64,000 nucleotides of DNA from Phycisphaerae bacterium (GTDB taxonomy: Bacteria; Planctomycetota; Phycisphaerae; UBA1845; PWPN01). A program made the translations under genes and the position numbers. The notes under the pieces were generated by a model. That model was not told the origin of the DNA, searched no databases, and saw only the letters and a program-made list of their open reading frames with translations. Positions 11,189-21,129 of the stretch are shown here, piece after piece. The DNA is taken from contig JAAXZI010000223.1 in assembly GCA_012719955.1 (NCBI GenBank), positions 500-64,499 of the forward strand. The letters are read 5' to 3'. Position 1 is the first letter of the stretch. Every line of letters starts with the position of its first letter.

Positions 11189-11821
11189 TCATCGTGTGGC
11201 GTAGTGCCCGCCAAGGATTTCCCGGCCGCATTCGGGGCATCGGCCCGAGCGGTTGCCCTTGAGGTTATAGCCGCATTCGCCGCAGATGCGACCCGGAAGA
11301 GAGAAGGGGTAGCTGCGGGCGTAGCGCCGCCAGCTCACCATGGTGCCGGAGATCCGGTCCCCCAACCGCTCGCCGGTGGTCATGATCAGGGGCTCGATCA
11401 AAATGAGGCCGGGGACGAGAAAGATCGCATTGCGTATAGCGGTGGCCCACATGCCGGCCGGCCGACGGGTGGGCTCCTCAATCACCTGCAGCCCGAAGAG
11501 CCGCTTACCGGGAGAACGGCCATCCAAGGCGTCTTTCAGCAGGAAGAGCGCGGCTGAAAGGGGAAGCGCCGGCAGGGGGTTGCTTGGCAGGAGCAGGCAG
11601 ATCGCGACAGCCACCAGACCGACAAGAAGAACGTCAACCGCGAACGCCGACAGACGCCGCGTGATGTATTCGGTCCGGCAACTCTCGCAGACGACCGCGC
11701 GATAGAGCATGACATTGGCCTGCCTGCGCTCGCAGAGGGGGCAGATGCGGAAGCCGGCGGCGGTCAAGGGCATTGGCGCGCTCATATGGATGAGCCTACC
11801 AGCGCGGAGGGCGGCTGTCAC
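11189..11821 (-). CDS. RDD family protein with N- and C-terminal Cys4 Zn-finger motifs
   Basis: RRLSAFAVD, GRSPGKRLFGLQV, RLGDRISGT RDD motifs; CPLC...CESC and CGECGY...CPECG. Confidence 0.85.
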   Translation of the reverse strand: MTAALRAGRLIHMSAPMPLTAAGFRICPLCERRQANVMLYRAVVCESCRTEYITRRLSAFAVDVLLVGLVAVAICLLLPSNPLPALPLSAALFLLKDALDGRSPGKRLFGLQVIEEPTRRPAGMWATAIRNAIFLVPGLILIEPLIMTTGERLGDRISGTMVSWRRYARSYPFSLPGRICGECGYNLKGNRSGRCPECGREILGGHYATR

Positions 11822-12038
11822 GGCGAGGGTGCAAAGAATGCAGCAGGGTCCGATTGCGTGTTAAAAACGATCGTCCCAACAATCAGGGGCTCTTGATCGC
11901 CACACCGGGACTGGCTATTTTGTAGCAGATGTGATACAACTTCAGAAACGTCTTGTGGGGACTTTCCTGAAATGACCCATTTATTTCCCCCGGTGGGCCG
12001 GACCTCGGAACCCGGCCCACCGGGTAGCTGTTTTGGTC

Positions 12039-12287
12039 ATGCTTAGGCACAAGCCTGTCGCTAAAGTGTGGATTGATCCCGGCTGCATTGTTTGCTCGGC
12101 CTGTGAGACCACCTGCCCGGACGTGTTCGAGGTGCGGGAGACCACCTGCGTTATCCGGCCGGAGGCCCTGCACGCGCCGTTTCTCCAGTCCCGTGGCCAG
12201 ATGATCAGCGATGCGGCCGAGGAGTGTCCCGTCCAGGTGATCAAATTTGAGACCATCGAATGCGAGGAGCCGAGTCACTCCCTCTGA
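12039..12287 (+). CDS. Single-cluster ferredoxin
   Basis: CIVCSACETTCPDVF...AAEECPVQVI. Confidence 0.9.
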   Translation: MLRHKPVAKVWIDPGCIVCSACETTCPDVFEVRETTCVIRPEALHAPFLQSRGQMISDAAEECPVQVIKFETIECEEPSHSL

Positions 12288-12459
12288 CGGCTCTGGCGAA
12301 GTGAGCCGCGAGCTCTCCCTGTGACCCGCCAGGGGCGGATGGACAGATTCTCTTTACAGATCACAACAAAACTTGAGATTCTTGCCTCCTCGGGCCTCTT
12401 GCCGATGAACCCGTTGAGCGAGGAAGCATTCCAGCCCCTGGGGTTGGAGGTATGAGGAG

Positions 12460-15400
12460 GTGACGGGGGTGTATTGCGCCAATTTTCAGGTGGTCCTCCT
12501 GGCAGCCATTGGCCTGCAGGTGGCTTCACCGGCGACTCAACCGGTACAGACCCAACCGCATGGTGACGCAACGGCGCCCGCCGCGCGGGGGCAGCCTGTC
12601 GTTCCGCGGTTCACGGCCCGTTTTGCGCCGCCGGACATCAAAGTGTTCGTTCAATCCCATCCGGACAAGCTGCCCTTATTCCTGCAATCCGAGTATCACC
12701 GGCAGGCGATTCTTGACACCCTCGACCACATTGACATGGGTGAACTGCTGCGGCTGGTCGAGCCGGACCTCAAGAGCACCTTTTCCGATCGTTTCGATCC
12801 CAAGCGGGACCTTTTGATCGTGCCGGTTCCGCCCGACCGCCAGGTTGAAGTTCCCGCGCCGGCTTTGGAGGGGGGCGTCTATCGCGGCCCGGCCGAGGAA
12901 GTGACCGGCTTCCTGCTGCACGACATCACGGAGGCCGAGTACCTCAGCACGGTCATCCGGCTGATCCAGCGAGCCCGGCAGTGTCTGGATACCGGCGACC
13001 CGATCTACGATCGCACGGCCCCGGATCATCTGCGCAAGCTCGCCGAGCGCGAAGCGGCCCGGCAAAGCGAGACCCGCGCCGCGGAGGACGCCGCCCGGCG
13101 GCAGCGGGAGGAGGTCCGCCGGAGGATTGGAGCGGCTCTCGGCGTCTACGACCCGGAAACCGGGCAATTCAACGGCCCGCCCGAGTGGCTGAAAGAATCG
13201 CGACGGTTCACCTACGTGGTCCAGAACGGCCAGTTCATCGACCGGCTGAAGCCCACTGTCGATCGGATCAACGCTGAACTTGAGATGGCTGGTTTCCCGC
13301 CGCCCTCCGTGCATGACCGGCCGGGCATCCGTTTCGACTCCGACTTGCAGGACGTCGAAATCGTGCTTCCCCGCTCGATGATGCGCGAATTTCTGGAAGA
13401 GGCCGACCGGCTCGAACGGCGCATGGCCGAAGAGCACATCATCAGCATCGAAGCGGTCCGGCTGACCGACCGCGATATCATCAGCGGGGCTCTGGCCTCC
13501 CGCCTCAATGCCCAGGTTCAGGGCGTCCACGACGTCAAGCGATATAACGTGGAGGGCGTATTCCGTCAGCTCGGGCTCAATGCCCTGCTGGCCGTCGCCA
13601 ATCAGCAGCTTCAGGTCGCCACGCTCAACTCCATTGAGGCCGGCAAGCTGCCGGAGGGCGTCTCCCCGGTGCAGATCGCCTCGCCCGATTTGCCGCCGAT
13701 CCGCCTGAACCGCGACGCGACCACGGTGGGCAGCACCTTCTCCGTCGGCGCGGATGACATCTTCTTCGACGGCCGGGAACAGTCCTACGGCTTCAGCTAT
13801 ATCGGTCCTGATGGACTGAAGCACACGCTTGCGGTGGAGGTAGTGGACAGCCTCCGGGAGTTCTGGGATCGGATCGAGCGCAATCTCATCGTGCACAAGA
13901 TCAAGCGCACCGGCGAAACCATCCCCTTCACCGTTCCGGTGGGGCCGGCCAACCGTACCTTTCCCGGCATCGCCGCCCTCGTCTCCCAGGAAAATCAGCA
14001 ACTGGTGGTGGCCACGGGCACCGGGGCTATCAGCGAGATCAGCGCCACCGCCGGCACCTGGCTGATTATTCAGGATTTCCAGATTGCCCCGCTGCCGGGC
14101 TCCTCAACCACCTTGACGGAGGACGAGCGCAAGCTGATTCATGACAAAGTCCTGCTGACCATGTTCCTGCGCGACCCGGCAACCGCCGTCGAAAGCAAGT
14201 GCGCGCTGCTGGAGGCCCGCACGCCCGAGCAACTCACCGAGCTGCTGGCGGCTCTCCTGCGCGAGAAGGCTGACCAGCAGATCCATCCTGAATTCCTGGC
14301 TCCCACCTACCAGGAGGTGTTCCGGCGCCGGCTCGAGGAGGTCACCGAGTGCGCGGCTGTCGAGAAAAAGGAGCGCAATTCCACCATCTCGCTCACCTTC
14401 TTCTCCAGCCAGGGAAACATCATCGCCCAACCGGGCGTTACCCAGCTTGGCGACTCCAACGATCTGACTTCCTTCACCACCGAGTTGCGTCCCAATGTCG
14501 TCACCCCCATCTCATCCTTCTTCACCAAGAGCGGCAGCGGAGCCAAGGGCTCTTCGCCCCTGACTGGGGTAGCCAAAGGCGAACAGACCAACGAAGAAAA
14601 GACCATGACGCACCTGGTCATCCGGGCTCGCTTTCCAACCCTGGCCCGCGAGCGCATGGACCGGGACGAAGGCCGGCATCTGGGCTATTTCGAGCTGCCC
14701 ATCGGCCGGCAGGCCCAAAGCCTCGTGGACCTGCCCTTCCTCTCCAGCTCGGAGCATCCGCTGGAACGGCTGTCCAAGTTGCGCGTGGGGCTGATGTTCG
14801 ACTCGCTTCAGGAAGAGCGCGTCAAGAAGCCGCTTAGTCTCATCAATCCGAACCAGCTTATGGGCACGGTGCCGGCCAGGGTGTGGGAAACGGCCACCAC
14901 CCGGATGCTGATGAATCGCAAGATCATCAGTGATTCGCCCCATACGGGATCGAGCCTCGCGATGGAATATCGCCAGCGCTTCATTCTCCAGGTCCGTTCG
15001 CTGCTGGAATACGACGAGGACTTCTTCGCTTCGCCTAATTTCGCCCTGCGAAACATGGCTCAGTGGAATGATCCGGATCGCATTGTGCTGGCCCTGGACA
15101 ACAGTCCCGGCCGGTTCGCCCTCCAGCGGCTGATCATCCTGCTGGATGAGTTGGGCGCGCTGCTGGTACCCGACGAATACGCGGACCGGTTCCTGGCGCT
15201 TTCCATGCCGGGGCCGTTCGGACAACACAAACTCCGTCCCCTCACCGCCGATGAGCTGCGCACCCTCCGGCGCGACGTAGCCAACCACTATCTGCGCTTC
15301 CAGGAGGCCTACGGCGATGCCTTCCTCGAAGCCGTCTCCATGATCCTGAACCTGGGAACCTATCGGACCGTTGCCCATGCGAAAATGCTGGATGGTCCCT

Positions 15401-15648
15401 TCCGCGGCTATCACGACCTGGTGGTGTTCGATTGCGGTGCCGAAGCCGTTGCCGAGGAAGAGCTGTTCCAGGCCGCCCACGGCGACTTCCTGATCGTCCG
15501 CGGCGGTGGTGTCGACGGCGGGTTGTTCAGCAAATCACGCAAGTACCTCGAGGATATTGCCCCCGAGCGACGGGCTTTTATTACCCGGGGCCGGGATGTG
15601 CTTGAGCGTACCGAATGGTGGCGTCCCTACGCCCCTATGCTTCCCTGA
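12460..15648 (+). CDS. Large exported hypothetical protein with secretin-like motifs
   Basis: 1062-aa ORF with coding-like composition; likely start GTG 12469 behind GAGGAGG; signal peptide ending ...ASPATQP. See findings for secretin-like segments. Confidence 0.6.
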   Translation: MTGVYCANFQVVLLAAIGLQVASPATQPVQTQPHGDATAPAARGQPVVPRFTARFAPPDIKVFVQSHPDKLPLFLQSEYHRQAILDTLDHIDMGELLRLVEPDLKSTFSDRFDPKRDLLIVPVPPDRQVEVPAPALEGGVYRGPAEEVTGFLLHDITEAEYLSTVIRLIQRARQCLDTGDPIYDRTAPDHLRKLAEREAARQSETRAAEDAARRQREEVRRRIGAALGVYDPETGQFNGPPEWLKESRRFTYVVQNGQFIDRLKPTVDRINAELEMAGFPPPSVHDRPGIRFDSDLQDVEIVLPRSMMREFLEEADRLERRMAEEHIISIEAVRLTDRDIISGALASRLNAQVQGVHDVKRYNVEGVFRQLGLNALLAVANQQLQVATLNSIEAGKLPEGVSPVQIASPDLPPIRLNRDATTVGSTFSVGADDIFFDGREQSYGFSYIGPDGLKHTLAVEVVDSLREFWDRIERNLIVHKIKRTGETIPFTVPVGPANRTFPGIAALVSQENQQLVVATGTGAISEISATAGTWLIIQDFQIAPLPGSSTTLTEDERKLIHDKVLLTMFLRDPATAVESKCALLEARTPEQLTELLAALLREKADQQIHPEFLAPTYQEVFRRRLEEVTECAAVEKKERNSTISLTFFSSQGNIIAQPGVTQLGDSNDLTSFTTELRPNVVTPISSFFTKSGSGAKGSSPLTGVAKGEQTNEEKTMTHLVIRARFPTLARERMDRDEGRHLGYFELPIGRQAQSLVDLPFLSSSEHPLERLSKLRVGLMFDSLQEERVKKPLSLINPNQLMGTVPARVWETATTRMLMNRKIISDSPHTGSSLAMEYRQRFILQVRSLLEYDEDFFASPNFALRNMAQWNDPDRIVLALDNSPGRFALQRLIILLDELGALLVPDEYADRFLALSMPGPFGQHKLRPLTADELRTLRRDVANHYLRFQEAYGDAFLEAVSMILNLGTYRTVAHAKMLDGPFRGYHDLVVFDCGAEAVAEEELFQAAHGDFLIVRGGGVDGGLFSKSRKYLEDIAPERRAFITRGRDVLERTEWWRPYAPMLP

Positions 15649-15710
15649 CTGAAGGCGATGGATGCGTCGACCGCTCCCCGCTCCCTGGCCGGTGCTCCGC
15701 GCCCGCAAAC

Positions 15711-15771
15711 GGGGGGCAGGATGCCCGCCCCCCACGTCCGCCGTAGCGGCCGGGCTCCGTACCAGCCGTTT
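15711..15771. repeat. Two adjacent REP-like elements (GGCAGGATGCC family + GTAG family)
   Basis: GGGGGGCAGGATGCCCGCCCCCC at 15711; GTAGCGGCCGGGCTCCGTACCAGCCGTTT at 15743; between convergent genes. Confidence 0.75.
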
Positions 15772-15848
15772 GCTGTCCCGGCCGTTACTCGCGCAGAGGC
15801 TCGCACAAGGCCGCGGCAACCGGGCCTGGGGGTTGACCGGAATCGCGG

Positions 15849-18320
15849 CTATTCTCCGTATTTCCACTCCAAAATGCCGGCGGAGAGGCCCGGCGCAAGT
15901 TGGACATCCAGCCGGATGGCCGTCGTGGTGACGGGCTCAAAGGTCGCCCGGTTGAACTGGTCGGCCTTCCGGGGATACGAGCCGCTGGTCAAACGGACAT
16001 CCTTCCAGGTATCGCCGTCCAGCCACTGCACCTTCCAGGATGCCGGCAACCGGCATCCGCCACCCCGGGCGATGTCGTCAAACCAGTAGACCTCCACCCA
16101 TGAAAACTTTCGCGGCTCGGGGAAGGTATATTGCACCCATTCCCGCGTCCCCCGATGGTCCCACCAGGTGAAACGCGGAATGCTTTGATCGCCGGAGGAC
16201 TTCGGCTCGATCCGATCATTAAGAGCGGATAGTGAGTCATACCGATTGTGGAACGAGGCCGTCGGCAGATAGGGCTGCGACGACCACGTCTTGGCCTCGG
16301 GGCCCTCCCCAATGGTGGGGAACTGGCTGATCCGCAGACGGGCGCAACCCATGGGGATCAGGGTAATATCCTCAATAGGTTGCTCGGAGCGGACCGGGCT
16401 GCCCTGGATCTCGCACACCAAGCCGTTGGGCTCCTGCTTCCATTCGGGAATTCGCCGGCCTTTGGCCTTCAAGGCTATGGGAGCCCCTTCATGGGTGAAC
16501 GGCTGCGCGGCCGGCCTGGCGGCGGTCTTGATCACCTCGAACGATTTGGCGGGGGCCTGCGCGTCCAAAACCAGCCCGTAATTCCACGGAGTAGTCGGGA
16601 ACACCTCATAGCCCGGCCAGGGATCCTTGCCGTACTTGACCCATTTCTCGCCGATCTTGAGTGAGTAAGTGATCGGGCCGCGATGCACCGACACGGCATT
16701 GTGATTCTTGGCCCAGGTTTTCACCTGGATGGTCATGGGTAGCTCCAGGCGGACGGTATCCCCGTCGGCCCACTCGCGCTCCAGCGTGGCCCAGGTGCCG
16801 GGGCGGAACTCGGTCTGAACGGCCTGGCCGTTGATGTTGACGCGGGCCCCTTCGCACCAGCCGGGGATCCGCAGAACCAGCGGGAACTTTACGCTCCGGG
16901 GAACGGAGAGCTTGAACTCCACCACCTCGTCAAACGGGTAGTCGGTGGTTTCCTTGACAGTTATCTTTGTGCCGTCGCCCACTTTGGCCTTCACGGTGCC
17001 AGCCGCGTAGAACACCGCCGCCAGACCGTTGGCGGGCGTGGCCATCCACAGGTGCTCGGCGTAGTACGGCCAGCCGAAAGCCACGTTGTGCTGGCAGCAG
17101 CGGTACTGCTCGAAGGGGGTGTAGGTGAACATGTCCCCGGCGTTGTAAATCAGGGGGGCCTTGTTCTTGCGGTCAAGCTGGATCTGGTTGGGGGCCGTCA
17201 GGTAGTGCAGGCCCTTGTGGTCCGGGGTGCAGGAGGCCGGCAGGGAGTTCAAGGCTACTTCCTCGCACCGGTCAGCCCAGAGCCCGTCGCCGGAGATCTT
17301 CAGCAGGATCTGGGCGCTGTGCATAAATTCAACCCAGGTGCAGGTCTCCGTGCCCTGGCGCGGGCCGGTGAAACCGGGACGGCAGATCTCGTCGGCGCCG
17401 ATGCCCCCGCCCGGAACCTGGCCATAGAGGCCCCAGATGGTGTCGTAATTGCGGTAAGCGGCCTTCAAGTAGCGCGGGTCGGCGTACTGCTGATAGAACT
17501 GTGCCGGCTCGCGGAAACACTCGGCGATATTGACCCCGTGCCAGGAGGCCACCCCGCCGGTCCAGTCGGCGGTGCGCTCGTGATTGACCCGGGCCACCTC
17601 CAGCAGCCAGGATTCGCCGGTGCGGTTGTAGAGCCAGTAAATGCTGTCCAGGTTGTCCCCGCCGCGGATTTTCTGCCAGCTTTCCGGTAGCAGATGTTCG
17701 AAAGGCAGGGTGCTTTGCCACTTGAAGTAGTTGGTCATGAGCTTCAGGACGCGCTCGTCGCCGGTGGCCTCGTGGTAGGTCCGCAGAGCGTAGAGCATGC
17801 ACATGTTCGGCCAAAGATCGCGGCTGTCGAGACCCTGCTGGGGGCCGAAATAGCCACTCGGCCGGGCACTGGCCAGGGTGGCCTCGATCCAGCGTTTGGA
17901 TTCGTCGAGAATGCGCGAGTCGTTGAGCGCGTAGCCGAGGCTGATAAAGCCTCTGAGCCAGTAAGGCAGCTCTTCCCAGCCCAATCGACCCCGGCCCTGG
18001 GGATCGGTCCACGCACTGCCCTCGAATTTGCACCAGGGGCTGATCTCGGTGAGCCGGCCAGTCATGCCCTCGGCCATCAGTTCGAGCTGGGTGCGCACCC
18101 AGCCTTCCGGCCGGATCGACCCGACCGGCAATTTGATGAATGGGCTGGGCGTGAGTGGCTGGCGGTTGCCGACATAGAAGCGGTTTTCGCCCGTCGGCAG
18201 CGAGGGGGTGATCACGGGAGCCGCCTGGACGAGAGCGGATGCGGCGACCACGGTCAGGCCGGCCGCCGCCAGGAACGGGCGCTTGCTTAAAGCATTGGAA
18301 GATAAAATGTTATATCTCAT
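15849..18320 (-). CDS. GH127-family (beta-L-arabinofuranosidase-like) hydrolase with C-terminal discoidin-like module
   Basis: Signal peptide from ATG 18320; GWEELPYW, WHGVN, ETC...E, CCQHN, TDYPF, LIPMGCARLRI motifs. Confidence 0.85.
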   Translation of the reverse strand: MRYNILSSNALSKRPFLAAAGLTVVAASALVQAAPVITPSLPTGENRFYVGNRQPLTPSPFIKLPVGSIRPEGWVRTQLELMAEGMTGRLTEISPWCKFEGSAWTDPQGRGRLGWEELPYWLRGFISLGYALNDSRILDESKRWIEATLASARPSGYFGPQQGLDSRDLWPNMCMLYALRTYHEATGDERVLKLMTNYFKWQSTLPFEHLLPESWQKIRGGDNLDSIYWLYNRTGESWLLEVARVNHERTADWTGGVASWHGVNIAECFREPAQFYQQYADPRYLKAAYRNYDTIWGLYGQVPGGGIGADEICRPGFTGPRQGTETCTWVEFMHSAQILLKISGDGLWADRCEEVALNSLPASCTPDHKGLHYLTAPNQIQLDRKNKAPLIYNAGDMFTYTPFEQYRCCQHNVAFGWPYYAEHLWMATPANGLAAVFYAAGTVKAKVGDGTKITVKETTDYPFDEVVEFKLSVPRSVKFPLVLRIPGWCEGARVNINGQAVQTEFRPGTWATLEREWADGDTVRLELPMTIQVKTWAKNHNAVSVHRGPITYSLKIGEKWVKYGKDPWPGYEVFPTTPWNYGLVLDAQAPAKSFEVIKTAARPAAQPFTHEGAPIALKAKGRRIPEWKQEPNGLVCEIQGSPVRSEQPIEDITLIPMGCARLRISQFPTIGEGPEAKTWSSQPYLPTASFHNRYDSLSALNDRIEPKSSGDQSIPRFTWWDHRGTREWVQYTFPEPRKFSWVEVYWFDDIARGGGCRLPASWKVQWLDGDTWKDVRLTSGSYPRKADQFNRATFEPVTTTAIRLDVQLAPGLSAGILEWKYGE

Positions 18321-18598
18321 TGGCACGCCTCTCGTCAGGTAGGGTGGTGGCGCGGAGGTGGGCTTGAAAGCATCCGTGGTGCTCTGGACAGCCGGCCCCC
18401 GTGCGACGATCATTCAAGAGCTGTGCGGATGCTATCGGCGGGTCCGGGAATCTGCAAACGAGGGCCTTGGGAACGAGGTTGTCCCCGCCGTTGGGGGAAG
18501 GCGCAGTCCGATAACGGCAGCGCACTGCGGCGCCGCCCAGGCAGGAGTCCGCCTCGAAGTCGCGCGTGCCGGTGCCTTGGAGCAGGGCCGCTGTGGGC

Positions 18599-18616
18599 CA
18601 CTGCTCTTGAGCAGTG
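18599..18616. repeat. REP-like palindrome CACTGCTC-TT-GAGCAGTG
   Basis: Perfect 8-bp stem; same family at 40029 and 61864-62075. Confidence 0.75.
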
Positions 18617-18869
18617 CAGGCCCGCATCAATCGTTTCCTGAACGCCCGGAAAGGCGGGCCTGAGGCGAACGCGTGGGCAGCCTCTGGAAGGGATTCGTAA
18701 GTCGTTCTTTCTGCAATTATTGCATCAGCTCAGCAGTACATTTGTTCTGCGGGCTTTACTTTGCGGGGTTCCGAAAGCCGCTTGCCAGCGCTGATTATCA
18801 AGAAAACTGAAAGTATTGGTTGCGTGATGGTCGATAAGAAATGCCAAGTTTTGCGGGAGTGGACCTGTC

Positions 18870-19952
18870 GTGTCTGAGACCCTGCTTCCGAAGACGATTT
18901 GCTGGGTCGGAGGGCTCGACGGATGGATCGAGATGATCGATCAGACCCTCCTGCCGGGCGAACTGAAGGTGCTCGCTTGCCACGACGTGGAGACGTTGTG
19001 GGAGGCGATCCGGAATCTGCGGGTTCGCGGCGCGCCGGCCATCGGAATTGCGGCGGCTATGGGCGTGGTGCTGGGAATCCGGGATTCGCGTTCGTCTGGT
19101 GAGTTCTTTGACAATTTGGCCGGCGTGTGCAGTTATCTGGCCGGCAGTCGGCCCACCGCTGTCAACCTGTTCTGGGCTTTGGATCGAATGCGTGCGCGGG
19201 CGGAAGCGCTTCGCGGCGCAGATCTGAAGGTTTTGAAACAGGCGATGCTGGCGGAGGCCCAGGCGATTCGCGATGAGGACGCCGCCACCTGCCGGGCTAT
19301 CGGTGAGGTGGGGCAGAGCCTGATCGCGGATGGCGCCGTGCTGGTAACTCACTGCAACGCTGGCGGATTAGCCACTTCCGAGTACGGAACCGCATTGGCC
19401 CCCATGTTTCGTGCCCATGAGCTGGGGCGGCGATTTAAAGTCTATGCTGACGAAACCCGCCCCTTACTTCAGGGGTCACGGTTGACCGCCTGGGAACTCG
19501 CCCGGGCGGGTATTGACGTGACGATCCTGTGCGATAACATGGTAGGGCACTTGATGAGCCGTACACAGGTCAGCCTGGTCATCACTGGCGCGGATCGGAT
19601 TGCCTCGAACGGTGATACGGCCAATAAGATCGGGACCTACGGCTTGGCCATTCTGGCGAAGGCACATAACGTGCCCTTTTACGTGGCGGCGCCGCGCTCA
19701 ACTTTTGATCGGACTCTGGCCGATGGTTCGATGATTCCGATCGAGGAGCGGCCGGCTGACGAAGTCCGTAAAGGTTTCGGCCGCCTGACGGCGCCAGAGG
19801 GAGTGGCGTGTTATAACCCGGCTTTTGATGTGACTCCCGCGGCTCTGATTCGCGGGATTATCACCGAAGTGGGGTTGGTCTCTCCGGTGACCCCGGGCAA
19901 TATCCGTAAGATTTTTACGGATGAGGCTTGCAATGAACCGGAAAGACGGTAA
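18870..19952 (+). CDS. mtnA: S-methyl-5-thioribose-1-phosphate isomerase
   Basis: IDQTLLP, VRGAPAIG, RPTAVNL, THCNAGGLAT, DETRPLLQGSRLTAWEL, GADRIASNGDTANKIGTY, NPAFDVTP. Confidence 0.96.
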   Translation: MSETLLPKTICWVGGLDGWIEMIDQTLLPGELKVLACHDVETLWEAIRNLRVRGAPAIGIAAAMGVVLGIRDSRSSGEFFDNLAGVCSYLAGSRPTAVNLFWALDRMRARAEALRGADLKVLKQAMLAEAQAIRDEDAATCRAIGEVGQSLIADGAVLVTHCNAGGLATSEYGTALAPMFRAHELGRRFKVYADETRPLLQGSRLTAWELARAGIDVTILCDNMVGHLMSRTQVSLVITGADRIASNGDTANKIGTYGLAILAKAHNVPFYVAAPRSTFDRTLADGSMIPIEERPADEVRKGFGRLTAPEGVACYNPAFDVTPAALIRGIITEVGLVSPVTPGNIRKIFTDEACNEPERR

Positions 19953-20178
19953 GATTCCCGCCCTAATGGGCTGCCGGCGCGGTCGGCCCGCAGGGTGGAC
20001 GTGGAGATAGAGACACCATTAGCAATGTTTACCCTGCCGATCGGCGCGGATCGGCTCGTGAATTGCGTTGAATGTTTCACTAATCGGAGCAAGTCGTCGG
20101 CTACGGAGTTGGCGGCTCGCGGCTCTGGTGGCCTCCGGTCGAGAGGCCAAGTTCGTTTCCTTCTAAAGGAGGCTCACA

Positions 20179-20316
20179 ATGTCAATGTGGAGCAAGTTGA
20201 AGGTCGCACTGTTGACGGCTACAGTCGGGCTGTCGGCAATGCAGTTCGGTGGCTGCCTGAACCTGGACTGGAACACCATCCTGCGCTACGTCGCGATCGG
20301 CAGCATCTTTGATTGA
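20179..20316 (+). CDS. Small putative lipopeptide precursor 1 (45 aa)
   Basis: Hand translation MSMWSKLKVALLTATVGLSAMQFGGCLNLDWNTILRYVAIGSIFD; AAGGAGG SD; below ORF-track cut-off. Confidence 0.72.
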   Translation: MSMWSKLKVALLTATVGLSAMQFGGCLNLDWNTILRYVAIGSIFD

Positions 20317-20437
20317 GTGGTTTTGAAACATCTGTGGGTGCCCTGCGGCTTGGGCGTCCCCGTGTATGGGAATGCAGCCGAAGCGGGGCTGAGATGGCCT
20401 GACTAACGAAAAGGCCGACATCCTACGAGGAGAAAAA

Positions 20438-20566
20438 ATGATGTCGAAAATGAGCTGGTTCAAGTGGGGTCTGCTGGTGGCGGGTTCCTCCGTCCTGACC
20501 CTGCAGCTTGGTGAGTGCATCTCCCAGTTGCTGTTGCAGTCGTTCATCCTTCGGGCTGTGAACTGA
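20438..20566 (+). CDS. Small putative lipopeptide precursor 2 (42 aa)
   Basis: MMSKMSWFKWGLLVAGSSVLTLQLGECISQLLLQSFILRAVN; GAGGAG SD. Confidence 0.68.
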   Translation: MMSKMSWFKWGLLVAGSSVLTLQLGECISQLLLQSFILRAVN

Positions 20567-20697
20567 GAAATCTGAGTTGAACGGGGCCGGTTTCCAACCA
20601 ACACCGGCCGCCGTGCAGGGCGACTGGCGCCTGCTCTTCGCAGGATGAGAAAAGCATCCGGAGCCGCGCGTCGGTTTCCCGCTTAAGGAGGCTCGCA

Positions 20698-20829
20698 ATG
20701 TCGAAACTGAGCAAGAAGTGGGCGATTCTGGCTGCCGTGATGGGCGGCATGATGTTTCATTTCGGTGGCTGCCTCGGTGGTCTGAACCGCTGGATCGTGG
20801 CTATCCTGAACGAGGATCTTTTTGGCTAA
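20698..20829 (+). CDS. Small putative lipopeptide precursor 3 (43 aa)
   Basis: MSKLSKKWAILAAVMGGMMFHFGGCLGGLNRWIVAILNEDLFG; AAGGAGG SD. Confidence 0.72.
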   Translation: MSKLSKKWAILAAVMGGMMFHFGGCLGGLNRWIVAILNEDLFG

Positions 20830-20973
20830 GAGCCGATTCCGGATCAGCTGTGCGGTCAGACGGGAAAGACGCTGTTCGTTTCCGCTTTGACCGTCCGGCG
20901 TGTTCGGCAGGCTTGCCTCGGTGTTGATGACGTATCCGCATCGAGGATTGGGCATCGAATGGAGGTCATAAAT

Positions 20974-21129
20974 ATGACACGTTTGGCAAAGATCATGGGC
21001 GTCATTGGTTTGACGTCGGTGTACCTCATGCAGGCCCCCTGCACCTTCGCAGGCCACGGCTTCAGCATCATCCCGAACAACATCATCCCGAATCCGTTCG
21101 CGGGTTTGCTGGCCACCCTGGGCTTCTAA
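20974..21129 (+). CDS. Small putative lipopeptide precursor 4 (51 aa)
   Basis: MTRLAKIMGVIGLTSVYLMQAPCTFAGHGFSIIPNNIIPNPFAGLLATLGF; GGAGGT SD. Confidence 0.68.
   Translation: MTRLAKIMGVIGLTSVYLMQAPCTFAGHGFSIIPNNIIPNPFAGLLATLGF

Noticed and set aside
20179-20829. Reading the FGG-C motif as a double-glycine bacteriocin leader
   Set aside because: Leaders are hydrophobic Sec-type rather than the acidic ELSxxELxxIxGG type, most members lack GG at that site, and no C39 peptidase/ABC exporter is nearby. Disfavoured, not fully excluded.
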